Part shown: positions 61,591-64,000 of the stretch, piece by piece
Numbering within the stretch: position 1 is the stretch's first letter
How the letters are laid out: every line of letters begins with the position of its first letter
Origin: Lepidodermella squamata
Taxonomy: Eukaryota > Animalia > Gastrotricha
NCBI GenBank assembly: GCA_047495785.1
Contig: JBLDXI010000040.1
Location: 310,001-374,000 of the forward strand
DNA: 64,000 nt
Direction: 5' to 3'
Program-made: the position numbers and the translations under genes
The notes under the pieces: generated by a model
What the model saw: only the letters and a program-made list of their open reading frames with translations
The model's database searches: none
What the model was told of the DNA's origin: nothing

Positions 61591-62479
61591 AAGTAGCACC
61601 AGGGACGCCAGGGACGCCAGGGACGACGAGGGTAGTACCAGGGACGCGTACCTGGTAGGTTGGAGGGTCAAGGCGTCCTCGCCAGGGACGCTGAAATCCC
61701 CGGTGGGTTGGCTGATAGAGCGTAGTTCTATCGCAAAATGAGTGTAGCCAAGGCTATTTTCAGCCTTATTTAAGGCAAAATATCTTAAGCTTTGCTCGCT
61801 ATAATCATAGCGCATGCTAATATGAAATTTGCGCTCGACTTTCAGAGTAGAACATAAGTATTAATTTGAGTTGAAAACTTCATTCGTAACCAACTTGTAA
61901 AAATAAATTTTATTCATCACAAGGTGATAAGTTTCAAGTCCATCATAGGTTAATTAAGGTCAATTTCGTTTGTTATTTTTGAAATAGTACGAGATGTTGA
62001 GTATTTTCAGGCCATTCTTGCTGCAAAATTTCTAAAACTTGCTCGCTTCGCTCGCATAACACTGGTGGAAAGTAACATTCGAAGTTCCCACTCAAATGAA
62101 AATTTCAGGCTAATCAGGGGCGAAAAACTGTGGGAAAAGAACAGCGGAATTCGCAAACTAGGGTTCTTGATACTCAATTATATGAAATACGCTGTGTTCG
62201 CGAGCGAGCACAGCGAGCGAGCGGCAAATTTTTTTATAGATCAACTCTGCGTCCCTGGCAGGTTGGCCGGCCTACTTTCCTCGCTGTGGCATTGTGCTGC
62301 ATCCAGCTTATCCAGCCACCACGCAAACCGGCCATGAACCTAACGTCATATCGAGCAATGTATGAGACATGTCACTACTACGAACCCAGCCTAAAATGTA
62401 ATACATATACTCACCGCCACCTACTGCTTCTTGCCACGCCCTCGCCCTGTAGGCTTTGCCGAGCTAGGCGAAGAAATGC

Positions 62480-63750
62480 CAGTAGCGTTGTAAAGCCGCA
62501 TTCGCAGCGGCAACGCGTCGATCGCTATTCAGGATCTCGGTTGCAGCGGACGGCACGCGACGAAAACAGCATTCGAACGTACTGCGCGACACCTCGAACT
62601 CGTGTTTCATCGAAATGCGGCAGATACGCGACCATTAGATCGTCGAAATTATCATCGAGAATATGACCTGCGTTGTCAGGATGGCAAATTGCGGTCAAAA
62701 TGCTCTCGACATGGATATGCGGATGAACGAGACCGCCGCGGCTGCACTGGGCGACCCACTCGTCCCGCTCGATGTTAGCCGAGTCTGTGCCAAGTCCATG
62801 GCGGCGCGTGATAAAACCGGCCATGTAAGACAACGACAGCGGATTACGTCCAAGGTCGGCTGGAATACCCACTTTGAGAAAATTAGCAGCTTTGATTTTC
62901 GCGAGTGCTTCATTCTTCAGCTTTCGCATGGTCGTATTGCAACGAATGCCGCCGATGTGTTTTTTTCACTCGGACATTTGAGCCACCAGGAATGCCGAAA
63001 ACTGGGCTGGCAATTAGCAACTTGGCCGCATAAACCAAAATGTCAAAAACTGAAGGGTTAGTTTTCCGCCTCCGCATTGACGAAATTGGCCGAGAGTTGC
63101 TCGAGACCGTCTTGGTTAAATCGATTAGCCATCACAAACTGAACGTTCAATTGAAGACATAATCGGGCGACATTAGGAAAATTGGTCGAAGTCAGAATGA
63201 ACCCCTTGAAGGTGGCCTCGTTGAATGCCGTTCTGTAATTCGGTAAAACGAACTCGCACGCATATTAGGTTGACCGGTATAACATATTTTCAATCTTCTA
63301 ACCCAGTATCAGTAAATTCTTCGTATGACTTCGGAAAATTACCAACTCGGATGAATCTAAGAGAAATTTCATAAACCATTTTATGTCCAGGTCCGTGAAT
63401 CACTGGGTAATTATCTAACACGTAAACGTTTCGCTCTTGACATTTGAAAGTAACCAAAAAACTCGTTATTTTTGTGAAAAAATTACGCTACAGCAGAAGA
63501 TACATATGCCTTAAAGGCAACTGCGCATTAAAAATTAATGACAATAAACGTCGACAATAAACCAAGCACTGAGAGGAGGCCGGCGTCTTTTGTAATTGAT
63601 CATGTGCCAGCCACACGCCGGGTTCGTCATGTGGCCGCAACTTTCTTGACGCCTGCTGTCGAATCGCAGCTGAACAATTATTAGGTTAGCTGCGCATTGG
63701 GCGTCGTAATTGTGGTCACATTGACAAAGAACAAAGTTCATAAAAAAAAC
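62480..63750 (-). mobile_element. Degenerate P-element/THAP9-like transposase relic
   Basis: FVMANRFNQDGLEQL then (frameshift) GQFRQCGGGK matches the QD.LE.FF...R..GG motif. LSYMAGFITRR..EWVAQCSRGGLVHP matches the P-element C-terminal YIAG/SRGGL motif. Stops and frameshifts are present. Confidence 0.85.
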
Positions 63751-63778
63751 ACCCAAAGCAGTAATACTTGCCTTATAG

Positions 63779-63894
63779 GATCTTACCCCGCTTGTTGCCT
63801 AGCCCTCGGTTATTCTACTGGAACTCAGTCGGTTGGTACAGTCACTGCGTATGGCTTTGCTTCCTTCGAAAGGTGCAGATCCGGCACCAGCTAA
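63779..63894 (+). pseudogene. Orphan last-exon fragment paralogous to the 57546-58710 Cys-rich gene
   Basis: SYPACCLALGYSTGTQSVGTVTAYGFASFERCRSGTS* versus SFHACCLALGNAPGAQSVGTASAYGVSNFDKCTGAN*. Both are followed by taagca.caacgctt. No upstream exons are present. Confidence 0.75.
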
Positions 63895-64000
63895 GCAACA
63901 ACGCTTCACTGACTAGAAAAATCTACCGATTATGTTAGGGCTTCTCAATACCTGACCCTCGGCGACCCCAAAATTTACATTCTCACCAGGCTGCGACCCC

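Overview
This is AT-rich animal genomic DNA. Most genes have GT-AG introns of about 45-60 bp, the telomeric motif is TTAGGG-type, and 3' splice-acceptor-like sites sit just upstream of many start codons, which suggests SL trans-splicing. From left to right: a 4-TM membrane protein gene; a large secreted protein with six C-type lectin domains and about 18 copies of an unrecognised 4-Cys module; a secreted mosaic protein (EGF, beta-sandwich, EGF, PAN, divergent split fibrinogen-like domain); a minus-strand centrosomin/CDK5RAP2-like gene whose long introns hold many MITEs and an intron-containing tRNA-Asn; two divergent non-alpha Cys-loop receptor genes only 41 bp apart; four tandem paralogs of an unrecognised secreted family; and V-ATPase subunit c. 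The last 14 kb is rearranged and repeat-rich. It has two copies of a telomeric-repeat-headed block, CACTA-like, LINE, Helitron and P-element relics, and a secreted Cys-repeat gene bracketed by inverted transposase-like fragments. All gene models were spliced by eye, so some boundaries are approximate. No database searches were run.
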